64,000 bases of DNA from contig JAXLNO010000289.1 of NCBI GenBank assembly GCA_038087875.1, positions 1-64,000 of the forward strand. The letters run 5' to 3'. Position 1 is the stretch's first letter; the number at the start of each line of letters is the position of its first letter. The notes beneath the pieces are model-generated. The model saw only the letters and a program-made list of their open reading frames with translations, was not told the DNA's origin and did no database searches. The stretch is from Malacoraja senta. Taxonomy: Eukaryota. The translations under genes were made by a program, and so were the position numbers. This document shows positions 25,433 to 42,327 of this stretch, piece after piece.

Positions 25433-27285
25433 ACATTAGACAATAGACAATAGGTGCAGGAGTAGGCCATTCGGCCCTTCGAACCAGCACCACCATTCAA
25501 TGTGATCATGGCTGATCATCCACAATCAGTACCCCGTTCCTGCCTTCTCCCCATATCCCATGACTTCGCTATCTTTAAGACCCTATCCAGCTCTCGCTCG
25601 AAAGTATCCAGAGAACGGCCGCCACCGCCCTCTAAGGCGGAGAATTCCACAGACTCATCACTCTCTGTGTGAAAAAGTGTTTTCTCATCTCCATTCTAAA
25701 TGGCTTACCCCTTATTCTTAAACTGTGGCCCCCTGGTTCTGGACTCCCCCAACATCGGAACATGTTTCCTGCCTCTAGCGTGTCCTAACGCTTAATAATC
25801 CTATATGTTTCAATACGATAATAATAATAAAAGATTTTATTTATATAGTGCTTTTCATGCCCTCTCATCCTTCAAAACTCCAGAGTGTACATGCCCAGCC
25901 GCTCCATTCTCTCAGCATATGACAGTCCCGCCATCCCGGGAAATAACCTTGTAAACCTACGCTGCACTCCCTCAGTAGCAAGAATGTCCGTCCTTAAATT
26001 TGGAGAACAAAACTTTACACAATACTCCAGGTGTGGTCTCACTAGTGCCCTATACAACTGCAGAAGGACCTCTTTGCTCCTATACTCAACTGTTCTTGTT
26101 ATGAAGACCAACATGCCATTCGCTTTCTTCACTGCCTGCTGTACCTGCATGCTTACTTTCAGTCATTAATGAACAAGGACCCCCAGATCCCGTTGTACTT
26201 CCACATTTCCCAACTTGACATCATTTAGATAATAATCTGCCTTCCTGTTTCTGCTACCAAAGTGGATAACCACACATTTATCGACATTAAACTGCATCTG
26301 CCCACGCACCCAACCTGTCCAAGTCACCCTGCATTCTCATAGCATCCTCATCACAGCTCACACTGCCACCCAGCTTTGTTTCATCTGCAAATTTGCTAAT
26401 GATACTATTAAATCTATTCATTGATGTATATGGTAAATAGCTGCAGTCCCAGCACCGAGCCTTGCGGCACCCCACTAGTGACTGCCTGCCATTCTGAAAG
26501 GGACCCGTTAATCCCTACTCTTTGTTTCCTGTCTGCCAACCATTTTTCTATCCATGTCAGCACTCTACCCCCAATACCATATGCCCTAAATTTGCCTACT
26601 AATCTCCCATGTGGAACCTTATCAAATGCTTTCTAAAAGTCCAGGTACACTACATCCACTGGCTCTCCCTTGTCCATTTTCCTAGTTACATCCTCAAAAA
26701 ATTCCAGAAGATAGTCAAGCATGATTTCCCCTTTGTAAATCCATGCTGACTCGGACCGATCCTGTTACTGCTATCCAAATATGCGGCTATTTCATCTTTT
26801 ATAATTGACTCCAGCATCTTCCCCGCCACCGATGTCACGCTAACTGGTATATAATTCCCTGTTTACTCTCTCCGCCTTTCTTAAAAAGTGCGATAACATT
26901 AGCTACCCTCCAATCCACAGGAACTGATCATGAATCTATAGAACATTGGAAAATGATCACCAATGCATCCATAATTTCTAGAGCCACTTCCTTAAGTACC
27001 CTGGGATGCAGACCATCAGGCCCTGGGGACTTATCAGCCTTCAGTCCCATCAGTCTACCCAACACCATTTCCTGCCTAATGTGGATTTCCTTCAGTTCCT
27101 CCATCACCCCAGATCCTCTGGCCACTACTATATCAGGAAGATTGTTTGTGTCCTCCTTAGTGATGATGGATCCAAAGTACCTGTTCAACTCATTTGTCAA
27201 TTCCATGTTCCCCGTAATAAATTCACCTTTTTCAGTCTTCAAGTCCAACTTTGGTCTTAACTAATGTTTTCCTCTTCAAATACGT
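25433..27285 (-). mobile_element. CR1 LINE, 5'-truncated, with intact 3' tail
   Basis: RT-region ORF pieces 26928..27248, 26287..26475 and 25872..26150; (ACAATAG)n tail near 25433-25452. Confidence 0.9.
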
Positions 27286-28345
27286 AAACAAGGAACAGCA
27301 GATGCTGGTTTACAAAGAGAGACACAATCTCCTGGAGTAACTTGCACGTCTCGAGAGCATGGACCGGCAACAATCTAGGACAGGACCCTTCTTCAGACTG
27401 CTTGGTGTGGGGGGTGGAGAAAGTTGGAAAGGAGAGGAGGGAGTGATCGCCTTAGATTCCCTTCCCTCTACAGATGCGGCCTGACCCACTGAGTTCCTCC
27501 ACCGCTTTAGAGGGAAAGGACAGACGACGTTTTGGGTCAGGACCCTTCTTCACACTGATTGGAGAGGGTGGGGGGAGGAAGCTGGAAAAGAGAGATGGGG
27601 GCTGGACAAAGCCTGGCAAGTGATAGGTGAACACAAAATGCTGGAGTAACTCAGCGGGACAGGCAGCATCTCTAGAGAGAAGGAATGGTGACGTTTCAGG
27701 TTGAGACCCTTCTTCAGAAGTGATAGGTGGATATAGGTGAGGGAGACACAAGAAACTGCAGATGCTGGAATCTTGCATAGAACATAATTTAGTTAAATGC
27801 ACAGAATCTCTTGCCCATAGTGCGGGGATCGAGGACCAGAGGACATGGGTTGAAAGTGAAGGGGAAAAGATTTAATAGTAATCTGAGTGGTACGTTTTTC
27901 ACACAGAGAGTGGTGGGTGTATGGAACAACCTTCCAAGAGAAGCTAGTTGAGGCTGGGATTATCCCACTGTTTAAGAGACAGTTCGACACGTGCATGGAT
28001 AGGGCAAGTTTGGAAGGATATGGACCAAACGCAGGCAGGTGGAACTCGTGTAGCCAGGACATGTTGGTCGGTGTGGACAAGTTGGGCCGCAAGGCCTGTT
28101 TCCACATTGTATCACTCCATGACTCTAACACAAAGTGCTGGAGTAACGCAGTGGGTCAGGCAGCATCTGTGGAGAACAAGGATAGGTGACATTTCACAGA
28201 AAGCGGAGTAACTCAGCGGGTCAGGCAGCATTTCTGGAGAACATGGATAAGTGACGTTTCACAGAATGCTGGAGTAACTCAGCAGGTCAGGCAGCATCTC
28301 TGGAGAACATGGGTAGGTGACATTTTGGGTCAACTTCTTCACACT
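27285..28345. mobile_element. Cluster of Penelope pseudo-LTR-derived short repeats, plus a CR1 3' tail piece (27790-28125)
   Basis: Repeated GCTGGAGTAACTCAGCGGGTCAGGCAGCATCT and reverse-complement CTGAAGAAGGG..GAAAC motifs (about 27380, 27530, 27690); three ~66-bp tandem units at 28130-28330. Confidence 0.7.
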
Positions 28346-29018
28346 GACACTATGTTAACAGATGAGGGGGTGATCGGCAGATGAGTGGAGTAAGTGACAG
28401 AGCGAGAGAAAATAAGGAGATAAAAGGGTGTGAGATAAGGAGAGGATGTTTATTTGCAGCTTTAAGGGACATTGGACAGGTAGCATTTGGAGTATTGCAC
28501 GCAGTTCTGGTCACTCCATTACAGGACTGATGTGGAGGCTTTGGGGAAGATTCAGAGATGGTTAACCAGAATGGTTTAAAAACAAGGAACTGCAGATGCT
28601 GGTTTACAAAAAAGGATACAAAATGCTGGAGTAACAGCGGGACAGCAGCATCTCTGGAGAGAAGGAATTAGTGACTTTTCTGGTCGAGACTGAAGAGGGT
28701 CTCGACCATGACACATTACCCATTCCTTCCACCATTTTGTGTCTAGCTTAACAGTACCTATCCACCTAGTGGTGTGCCAGCAGACTGGAGGAGCGGGCAA
28801 AGGCCTTGCACAGAGCGGGCAGGTGAAGGGGCACTGGCCAGTGTGGATTCACCGTTGCTCCAATGGGTGGTCATGGCGGGTGAAGCCCTTACCACAGGAC
28901 GGGCAGGGGAAGGGACGCTCAACGCTGTGGGTACGCCGGTGCTGGCACAGTCTGGACATGCGGGTGAAACCTTTGCCAGACTCAGCGCCACAAAGGTTCT
29001 CTCTCCAGTGTGTACCCG

Positions 29019-29855
29019 CTATGCTCCCGCAGGCTCCATGCTCTCTTGCCACAGTGGGAGCAGCTGCTCGCCGGCGTGCACCCGCTGGTGGGACAGCAGA
29101 TAGGTGGAGCGGGTGAAGCCCTTGCCGCACTGGGCGCAGGTGTAAGGGCACTCGCCGGTGTGGTTGCGCTGGTGCACCAGCAGGCTGCTGGACTGGGTGA
29201 AGCCCTTGCCGCACTGGGCGCAGTTGTAAGGGCGCTCGCCAGTGTGGGTGCGCTGGTGCTCCAGCAGGCTGCTGGAGTGGGTGCCGCCCTTGCCGCACTG
29301 GGCGCAGTTGTAGGGACGCTCGCCGGTGTGGGTGCGCTGGTGGGCCAGCAGGTTGTTGGAGCGGGTGAAGCCCTTGCCGCACTGGGCACAAGTGTAGGGC
29401 CGCACCCCGGTGTGCACTCGCCTCTGCACCTTTAGGTCCGGCAAAGACTTGAAGCCTTTGTCGCAGTCGGAGCAGCTGAAGGGCCGCTCACTGCTGTGCA
29501 CCCGCCAGTGCACATGCAGCACCGATAACCGGGCAAAGTTCTTGCCACAGGTGGAGCAGCCATAGAGCTTCTCGCCCATGTGCACCCGCCGGTGGATCTG
29601 CAGGTGATTCGCCTTCTTGAAGCTATTGCCGCAGTCGGAGCAGGTGTAGGGCCCCTCGCCGGAGTATACGCGGTTGTGCTGCAGCAGGTGGTCATAGCGG
29701 GTGAAGCTCTTACCGCAGTCCGAGAAGTTGAAGGGGCGTTCTCCCATGTGCTCCCGCCGGTGGGTCTCCAGCTCGCTCGGGCACCGCCAGTCCTTGCCAC
29801 ACACGTCGCACTCAAAACGCTTCTCTTTGTTGAGCCCCGTCATGTGGTCCTCCAT
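29019..29855 (-). CDS. KRAB-less tandem C2H2 zinc-finger protein (9 fingers in frame, fingers 2 and 5 degenerate); may be a pseudogene
   Basis: 278-aa ORF MEDHMTGLNKEKRFECDVCGK.. with TGERP-type linkers; splice acceptor CCTCTCCTGCAG at 29979-29990; about 3 more broken fingers downstream (28770-29000) after a frameshift. Confidence 0.8.
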   Translation of the reverse strand: MEDHMTGLNKEKRFECDVCGKDWRCPSELETHRREHMGERPFNFSDCGKSFTRYDHLLQHNRVYSGEGPYTCSDCGNSFKKANHLQIHRRVHMGEKLYGCSTCGKNFARLSVLHVHWRVHSSERPFSCSDCDKGFKSLPDLKVQRRVHTGVRPYTCAQCGKGFTRSNNLLAHQRTHTGERPYNCAQCGKGGTHSSSLLEHQRTHTGERPYNCAQCGKGFTQSSSLLVHQRNHTGECPYTCAQCGKGFTRSTYLLSHQRVHAGEQLLPLWQESMEPAGA

Positions 29856-30079
29856 CGAAGCTCAGCCCCTCGAAGCTCAGACCGCACACCGAGCAGATGG
29901 GGTGGGGGGGGGGGGGGGCTCACCAGCACCCTGGCTGCCCTCAACGGTCTCTCCGTCCACAGCAACGGCTCCTAAACCCTGCAGGAGAGGAACACAGAGG
30001 GTCAACAAGCTGGCAAACAGGACATTACTAGCACATATTGGGTGTGTTTATGTCGGAGGAAACCGTTATATAATTGTGC

Positions 30080-30352
<273 letters not shown>

Positions 30353-30380
30353 CTCTCCTCTCCACTCCCTCCTCTCTCCC

Positions 30381-30455
<75 letters not shown>

Positions 30456-30461
<6 letters not shown>

Positions 30462-31210
30462 ACTCAATTTCAATTTAAAACTTTATTGGCATGATACAAA
30501 AAACATTGTTATATTGCCAAAGTATGAAACATGACATACATATTTAAGATGCATAAGTATAAATACAAGTATACAGTGCATAGATAGATATGTTCCTGTA
30601 CATAAACTCGCAGGAGGGCCTATAGCCTTTTATTGATCGCTATACGTTCTTGCAGCTGTAAGCAGTACAACAGGATAGCTAATTTTGCAATTCAATATTA
30701 ATTTCTTAGTGTCAGTTAATGTCACATGTGCATATTGGTCATTCACCGTCTCTCAGGTTATGGCATGCTGTTACGTATTGTGCACCAAGATGTGCCGTAT
30801 TTCCTTCACCAAGGATTATTCTTAGTTTTGATCTATCGTCTAGTTCCTTAAAGTCAGGGGTTGCCTGACTGAGTTTGTCAAAGTATGTTTTCCTTGTTTT
30901 GTCAATTTTTTTTCATTTTAGGAGGAAGTGCACCCCTGTTTCAACCTCATCTGTCAAACAGTGGCCACATATTCTGTTTTCTCTTGGTTGCCAGAATCTC
31001 TTCTGTCTTCCGTTTTCAACTGCCAAATAGTGGTCACTTAGCCTGTATTTGGTGAGGGTCTGTCTCTGCTTTATGTCTCTAACAGTTGAGAGATAGTCTG
31101 CCAATTTATAATCTCTTTTTAGGGCACGGTAGCATTCTAATCTGCTTTGGCTTTTGGTTTCTTTATCCCAATGTTGCAAATATGTTTCTTTACATTTTTT
31201 GATAATTCTC
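30456..31210 (-). mobile_element. RTE-X-like LINE 3' fragment embedded in a (GA)n microsatellite
   Basis: HWDKETKSQSRLECY..LTKYRLSDHYLAVENGR..RICGHC..VETGVHFLL; AATAAA and an (ATTGA)-like tail; (CT)n on both flanks (30234-30455 and 31208-31396). Clade assigned from memory. Confidence 0.65.
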
Positions 31211-31220
31211 TCTTCTCTTC

Positions 31221-31297
<77 letters not shown>

Positions 31298-31298
31298 T

Positions 31299-34150
<2,852 letters not shown>

Positions 34151-34218
34151 AATTTCACAACGTGTCAATAGGCAGCAGAAGTGTGAAGGGCAAAGAAAAG
34201 ATCAATCCATCACAAAAC

Positions 34219-34935
34219 CTTATTGTATGAAAAGACCGGACCATTTCCCACCCCAACCAACACTTCACACACACTCATAGCCTGACCTCAGTCTGCAAAG
34301 ACTGGGCCCTTCTACACCCACCCCCCTCCAATCACCACTTCACACCCAATTACTCACACCCTCCTTGCTGAACACCATCACTTCATCAACAATAATAATA
34401 GAGGAGGTGGAGTGGCTGTTCAGAAGACAGAAAAGCCGGAAATCTCCAGGACCTGACAATGTTTCCCCCTCTACTCTCAAGCTCTGTGCCAAACATATAC
34501 AGACATGTTTAACCAGTCCCTGCAAACATGACTACAGGCCTGTCGCATTGACCTCTGTAGTCATGAAGACCCTTGAAAGGCTTGTGCTGGCCAAGCTGAA
34601 AAATATCACAAACCCCCTGTTGGACCCTCTACAGTTTGCATATTGGGCCAATAGATCTGTGGATGATGCAGTCAACCTGGGCCTGCGCTTCATCCTACTG
34701 CACCTAGACTGCCAGGGGACCTATGCGAGGACCCTGTTTGTTGATTTTAGCTCTGCATTCAACACCATTGTGCCAGAGCTACTAAACTCCAAACTTTCCG
34801 AGTTGACTGTGCCTGAACCCTTCCGTTGGTGGATCACCAGCTTCCTGACACACAGGAAGCAGCATGTGAGGCTGGGAAAGCATATCTCGGACCCGCAAAC
34901 GCTCAGCATAGGAGCAGGGGAAGGCTGCGTACTAT
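34219..34935 (+). mobile_element. Rex1/Babar RT fragment with the same 5' start as the copy at 4411
   Basis: Begins CTTATTGTATGAAAAGAC; ORF 34365..34949; fuses to a CR1 near 34933. Confidence 0.88.
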
Positions 34936-36500
34936 CCCAGGGTACTTAAGGAAGTGGCTCCAGAAATCGTGGATGCATTGGTGATAATTTGCCAATTTTC
35001 TATAGACTCGGGATCAGTTCCTGTGGATTGGAGGGTAGCTAATGTTATCCCACTTTTTAAGAAAGGCGGGAGAGAGAAAACAGGAAATTATGGACCAGTT
35101 AACCTGACATCGGTGGTGGGGATGATGCTGGAGTCAATTATAAAAGATGAAATAGCCGAACATTTGGATAGCAGTAACAGGATTGATCCGAGTCAGCATG
35201 GAATTATGAAGGGGAAATCATGCTTGACTAATCTTCTGGAATTTTTTGAAGATTAGTAACTAGGAAAATGGGCAAGGGAGAGCCAGTGGATGTAGTGTAC
35301 CTGGATTCTCAGAAAGCATTTGGTAAGTTCCCACATAGGAGATTAGTGGGCAAAAAATAGGGCACATGGTATTGAGGTTAGTGCTGACATGGATGGAGAA
35401 GTGGTTGGCAGACAGGAAGAAAGAGTAGGGATTAACGGGTCCCTTTCAGAATGGCAGGCAGGAACTAGTTGGGTACCGCAAGGCTCGGAGCTGGCACAGC
35501 AGATATTTACAATATACACCAATGATTTGGATGAAGGGATTCAAAGTAACATTAGCAAATTTGCAGATGACACAAAGCTGGGTGGCAGTGTGAACTTTGA
35601 GGAGGATGCTATGAGAATGCAGGGTGACTTGGACAGGTTGGGGGAGTGGGCAGATGCATGGCAGATGAAGGTTAATACGGATAAATGTGGTTATCCACTT
35701 TGGTAGCAAAAACAGGAAGGCAGATTACTATCTAAATGGCGTCAAGTTGGGAAAAGTGGAAGTACAACGGGATCTGGGGGGTCCTTGTTCATCAGTCTAT
35801 GAAATTAAGCATGCAGGTACAGCAGGCAGTGAAGAAAATGAATGGCATGTTGGCCTTTATAACAAGAGGAATCGAATATAGGAGCAAAGAGGTACATCTG
35901 CAGTTGTACAGAGCCCTAGTGAGACCACACCTGGAGTATTGTGTGCAATTTTGGTCCATAATTTGAGGAAGGACATTCTTGCTATTGAGGGAGTGCAGCG
36001 TAGGTTTACAATGTTAATTCCCGGGGTGGCGGGACTGTCATATGCTGGGAGAATGGAGCAGCTGGGCTTGTACACTCTGGAGTTTCGAAGGATGAGAGGG
36101 AATCTCATTGAAACATATAAGATTGTTAAGGGTTTGGACACGCTAGAGGCAGGAAACATGTTCCTGATGTTGGGGGGGGGGGGTCCAGAGCCAGGGGCCA
36201 CAGTTTAAGAATAAGGAGTAAGCCATTTAGAACGGAGACGAGGGAACACTTTTTCTCACAGAGAGTTGTGAATTTGTGGAATTCTCTGCCTCAGAGGGCG
36301 GTGGAGGCATGTTCTCTGGATACTTTCAAGAGAGAGCTAGATAGGGCTCTTAAAAATAGCAGAGTCAGGGGATATGGGGAGAAGGCAGGAACGGGGTACT
36401 GATTGGGGATGATTAGCCATGATCACATTGAATGGCTGTGCTGGCTCAAATGGCCGAATGGCCTACTCCTGCACTTATTGTCTATTGTCTATTGTCTATT
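34933..36500 (+). mobile_element. CR1 LINE 3' portion
   Basis: RT pieces 34954..35256 and 35389..35706; (TATTGTC)n tail at 36475-36500. Confidence 0.9.
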
Positions 36501-37019
36501 GACTGAGTTCACCTGGAAATCTCTTTGCATCCTCTTTGCTTCTCCTAATTACTCTCAGTTTCATGTCGTCAAACTTAGAAATATTAAATTTACTTCCTTG
36601 TCAAATTCATTAATGTACATTGAAAATATCAGGATCAAGCAATGGTTTCAATGATGGCTCATTAGTCACCATGTGCCACCCAAAAGAAGTCTCGGTTCCT
36701 AGCCTGCAAAAGAATTTTCAATCCATCCCAGTTGAACATTGCCAAATACACATATTTTAATATTCCTTGTTGATCTTTTATGCATGGTTTTATCAAAGAC
36801 CTACTGAAAATTCAACACATCCACTTCATCTCCCTGAAGCAAAAAAAACCAAAACAAATTCCTGGAGGAACTCAGGCAGCATCTGTGGAGGAAAACGATT
36901 CATCCAACAATTTCTTTTTTTCCAAGATCAAAATATTGTTTTGGAAAACAGAAACAACGAACAAGGTTATATATTGAAATATTTTCATACAGCAGGTAGG
37001 AAACAGGAAATTTGAAATG

Positions 37020-39945
37020 TGGGAAAGAATAAAATGCATTTGAATAGTCAAGAGAAACACCGCTATTTTAGATTTTATTCAGTCGGATGTAGCAAAAACA
37101 ATGACATTTGTTCCCTTTTTAGTGAAGACACCGTCATTGTAATAGGAGAACACATTTCACAATAACATTTGAAGAAGTACATCAGTTTTGCAAACTACAT
37201 TTCAATCATTTAATCCCGTTCATTTAATCCACTATTACCAATGAAGAATAATGTCTGCAGTTTACTGACCTTCTGCAGTGGAACTTGTGTGGAATTCTGG
37301 AAAAGCAGCAACGTGGCTTTGAGCCCAGCACAGGGCAAGCTGAGGTTCCCTCACACTGCACAGTAACTGACACTGCCTCTTGTCAAACTAAATGACACTC
37401 CCCTTCCAGCTCAGGGTTCCGGCACCACTGGTGTTGATACAAATGGGTTCAGATATAGAATTATACAACAAATAAAGATTCCATCTGGAATCGAACTTGC
37501 ACCTTTGCGATTTTGAACATTTCGAATGGATCTCAAATGGGAGAGCTCCAGGTGCTTTGCTGCATCCTGCTGGGCCTGATGTTCCATGAGAGAGTACATG
37601 CAATCCAGGGAGGTCCTGCCATTTCATGATGAAAACAACTCCATAGAGGGTTGTGTTCATTAAACATGCTGGCAATTCCATTGCACCCATTAGGATAAAC
37701 TGAACCATTCACGGAGAGAGGATTGGTCCTCGTGAAAGGAGAAAGAACATATTGTTTCCTCACTTGCCTCTTCATGGGAAGGAGCCCACAGATTTCACCA
37801 TGGGAAGCATTCACTGTCCTAATGAATGCCCACCGTTATTGGTCAGCTGAGCAAAATCTCGAATGACATTAAAAGAAGCAAGAGTACAGAGTGTACACTG
37901 GGTGTGGACCTCAGCATCCATCATTGGGAGTGGCTTGGTCACACGACCACTCACTGAGATGGCTGAACCCTGAAGGATGTGTCTGCCAGGCTCTTTCTAC
38001 AGCAGGTAGAGAATGAGCCAACACAAGGGATTGACCTACTTGACGTCCTCCTCTCCTGTCCACCTGCAACAGGTGAATCTGTTGACCATGGCTTTGGCAG
38101 AAATCAGAAGACCATTGCACAGTTCTCATTGAGGACAATGTTTTGTCATTACACCAAAGTCATCCCATATTGCTCTGACTGGCACAACAATTTTTGATGT
38201 CATCTTCCCAAAGGAGCTGCAGAGGCTGAGACATTGACTATGTTCAAGGTAGAGGATGATTGACTATAAACTCAACATAAGTCAGGGGACGTGGGGAAAG
38301 TGGGAAGGTGGTGTTGAGACCAATATTGGATCAACTGTATGGGCCTGAAAAATTGTGCTCCCTCAGACTTTATTCCTTGGAGTGCAGGAGGCTGAGATAG
38401 TTGAATTATTAAGGGGAATAGATAGGCTGAATGAACAGAGCCTTTTACCCAGTGTGGGGGTATCAAGAACCAGAGGACACGGGTTTGAGGTGAGATGATA
38501 AGGTTTAATATGAACACGAAGGGCATCCTTTACATTCAAAGGATAAAGGATTCAAACAAGAGGAGTTGAGTATAGAAGCAAAGAGGTCCTTCTGCATTTG
38601 TACAGGGCCCTAGTGAGACCACACCTGGAGTATTGTGTACAGCTTTGGTCCCCTAATTTGAGGAAGGACATTCTTGCTATTGAGGGAGTGCAGCACAGGT
38701 TTACAAGGTAAATTCCCGGGATGGCGGGACTGTGATATGCTGAGAGAATGGAGCGGCTAGGCTTGTATACTCTGGAGTTTAGACGGATGAGAGGGGATCA
38801 TATTGAAACATATAAGATTATTAAGGGTTTGGACACGCTAGAGGCAGGAAACATGTTCCTGATGTTGGGAGAGTCCAGAACCAGGGACCACAGTTTAGAA
38901 CGGATATGAGGAAAAACCTTTTCACACAGCGGGTTGTGAATATGTGGAATTCTCTGCGTCAGAGGGTTGTGGAGGCCGGTTCACTGGATGCTTTCAAGAG
39001 AGAGCTAGATCGGGCTCTTGAAGATAGTAGAGTCAGGGGATATGGGGAGAATGCAGGGACAGGGTACTGATTGTGGATGATCAGCCATGATCACATTGGA
39101 TGGCGGTGCTGGCTTGAAGGGCCGAATGACCTACTCCTGCACGTATTGTCTAAAAAGGGTAGTAGGTATATGTGATGAGCTGCCAGTGGAGGTAGTTGAA
39201 GCAAGTACTAACATTTTAATTAAAAGACACTTGAACAGGTTCATGGAAAGGAAAGGTTTAGAGGGATATGTGGCAAATGGAACTAAGCTTGATGAGGAAA
39301 CTAGGTCATCGTGGATGTGTTGCAGCTGTTTCTGTGCTGTACGACTGTGGTTCCATGATAGCTGTGTGAGAGCATCTTCACCAAAGGTATTGCACAACTT
39401 CAAGAAGGAAGCTCACCACCATCTTCTCCAAGGTAGTTAGGGATGGATAATAAATATTGACTTTGATGCTGATATTAGTAAAAACTAATTGGAATAAATC
39501 TTCTCCTTTGCACCATACTATAGATTATCTGCCACAATTTATCCCAATCACTGACAAACACAGATACTTGAGCTTCTCTGTCTTTTAGTTACTATCCTTA
39601 TAATAAATGCATCCTCGGCACACACAGATATGTTCTGTTCTCACGTATTTACAAAAAATTACACAATAGAATTATACGGAATTACTTTTAAATGTAAAGG
39701 GTAAATAGAGAAGTTGTATCTGAAGATAACATCAGCGTAAAAGAGGAAGGATCTGTGTTAGGCCCTGTTTACACTTCTGCTTGCACCAGATAAGACAGGG
39801 TGATGATCCCAGTGTTTAGAATGTGAGAGTGACAGACAGTGTGGGTTGGAGGGGGAGATGAGATGAATTATGAAGAGACAGATTCAGGAGGGTGAGCAGC
39901 AATAAAAATGTACTTTATTTCTCTGCAGAATTCACAAAATATGGG
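37020..39945 (+). repeat. Copy 2 of the ~3-kb segmental duplication
   Basis: Colinear with 13690..16645. Confidence 0.92.
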
Positions 39946-41049
39946 TGGGCAATGAGTTGTGAACACGGATTAAGGAAGGAGCCTGATTAGATTTCTTCTC
40001 ACGATGCGGACAAGACTAACTGCTGAGCTGATGATGAGGTGCCCTTTCTGATTCCATCCAGATTGTTTGCTTAGAAATCAACTATTTAGGATGTGGGCCT
40101 CACTGCTCAGGCTTCCATTTTTAGCCCATGAGGATGTGGACATCCTTACGTAGCCAGTGAATGATGCTCCCACAATGCTCTTGATAGGATTGAAGGAACA
40201 GCAATGGATTTCCAAGTCATGACTGGAGAGGCACCCACAGCATGTGGTGATCCCATGGGCCTGTTGCCATTGTCTTTCTTGGTTGATGGGATCACTGATA
40301 TGAGAGGTGTTATTGAAGTCGCCTTGGCAATGAACATTGAGACACCTTGCAGTGGTTGATTGAGACCGAGATCACTGTACACAAGTGGTGGAAACAAAGA
40401 AGATTAGAGTAGTAGATGGGGACATGCTATGTCCTGGATGATGTTGTGCTTCTTCAGTATCACTGGAGTAACATTCATCAAGGCATTGCACCCTCCTGAA
40501 TAGGGCCTTGCCGCTGATGGAGAGGTTTTGTGGTGTCAGGAATTGCTTGCCCCATGATAACAAGAAATTAATCACCTTTCCTTTATCGATACTGCTTCTT
40601 AATGCTGCAATTCCCTACCTAGTATAACTGTGGGAGTACTTTCACCGGAAGGAATGGAAAGGTTTAGGAAAGCAATCTACCACTGTCTTGAGTACAATTA
40701 ACAATGGGGGGGGGGGGGACCACTAACCTTGACAGTGATGCTCAAATTGTCGAGAATAACTGAATGATAAAGAAATGCTTCACAAGTAAAATCAAGTACA
40801 CCTGGATTAATGATATTCAAATACTTACAAATACTTTATAATTTTGGAGGTTCCACAACACTTGTAAAGGGAGCAGTGTCAATAGAACCTCTTCTCAATC
40901 TCTCTTAAATCCCCACTACCCAGCTTCCTAACAATCTCAACCTTTTCTTTACTTTTGTCAAAATCCACAGAGTGAAATTGTTCAGTTTAAAATTATCCAA
41001 GTTTCTCCTCTCTCTCTTGTGACTAACTTCATGTTCCCATATCTCACCT

Positions 41050-41872
41050 GACATAGAAACAGAGAAACATAGACAATAGGTGCAGGAGTCGGCCATTTGG
41101 CCCTTTGAGCCAGCACCGCCATTCACTGTGATCGTGGCTGATCATCCACAATCAGTAGCCTGTTCCTGCCTTCTCCCCATACCCCTTGATTCCGCTAGCC
41201 CCTAGAGCTCTATCTAACTCTCTTTTAAATTCATCCAGTAAAATGGCATCTACTGTCTTCTGTGACTGAAATCCTAACGGGAATCCCAAAATTCCCAGCC
41301 GCTCCACACTGCTGCTGTGTCCGTTGCCTGAATCCCACATTAACAGAAACATAGAACATAGGTGCAGGAGTAGGCCATTCAGCCCTTCGAGTCATGGCCT
41401 GCAATATGATCATGGCTGATCATCCAGAATCAGTTGCACATTCCTGTTTTCTCCCCATACCCCTTGATTCAGTTAGCCTTAAGAGCTAAATCTAACTCTC
41501 TCTTGAAAACATCCAGTGAATTGGCCTCCACTGCCTTCAGTGGGAGAGAATTCCACAGATTCACAACTCTGTGAAAAAAAACCTGCAGAAAGGACCTCTT
41601 TATTCAAATCTTCTCATTATGAAGGCCAACATGCCATTAGCTTTCTTCACTGCCTGCTGTACCTGCATGTTTACTTTCATTGACTGGTGTACAAGGACAC
41701 CCAGGTCTCATTGCGCTTCTCTTTTTCATAATCTGACATAGTGGATACTCTCACATTTATCTACATTATACTGCATCTGCCATGCATCTGCCACTCACTC
41801 AACCTGTAACATCCTCTTCGCAGTTCATACTGCCACCCAGCTTTGTGTCAGCTGCTAATTTGCTAGTGCTAC
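41050..41872 (-). mobile_element. Stacked CR1 3'-end fragments
   Basis: Two CATAGAAACATAG tails with the CR1 3'UTR motif TAGGTGCAGGAGT..GGCCATT, and a deleted RT remnant. Confidence 0.75.
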
Positions 41873-42327
41873 TTTTTTTTTTTTTTTTTTGAGAATATTT
41901 TTTATTGGAGGTAAATACATATCATATTAAAATCGTTACCAGTCTTACATTTTTGAATTAATAATATTGTCAAATATTATTACATTGTCTCCAATACTTT
42001 TTTCTTTTTTTTTAATACTAAATAGGACTAAAAAGATAGATGAAATAAAGAAAGAAAAGAGAGAAAAGGAAGGAAAAAAGAAACAAAGAAAACAAAAAAA
42101 GAAATAGATAATAAAGAAGAATGGAATAACTTACTAAGATAAAAAACTTCATTCGAGATATATTCGTACATTTCAGAGTATAACATTTCATCTATTCCTT
42201 GGCTCGAGTGCTAGTCAGGTTCTCGTGCTGAACCGTTCTGACCCTTTAGATAATCAATAAAGGGAGACCATGTTCCAGCAAATAGTTCTTGTTTGTCCAA
42301 CAGGACAAGTCTAATTCTTTCCACGTG
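41873..42327 (-). mobile_element. L1 3' end, cut by the ERV LTR
   Basis: Poly(T) at 41873-41890; ORF2 C-terminus HVERIRLVLLDKQELFAGTWSPFIDYLK. Confidence 0.8.
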
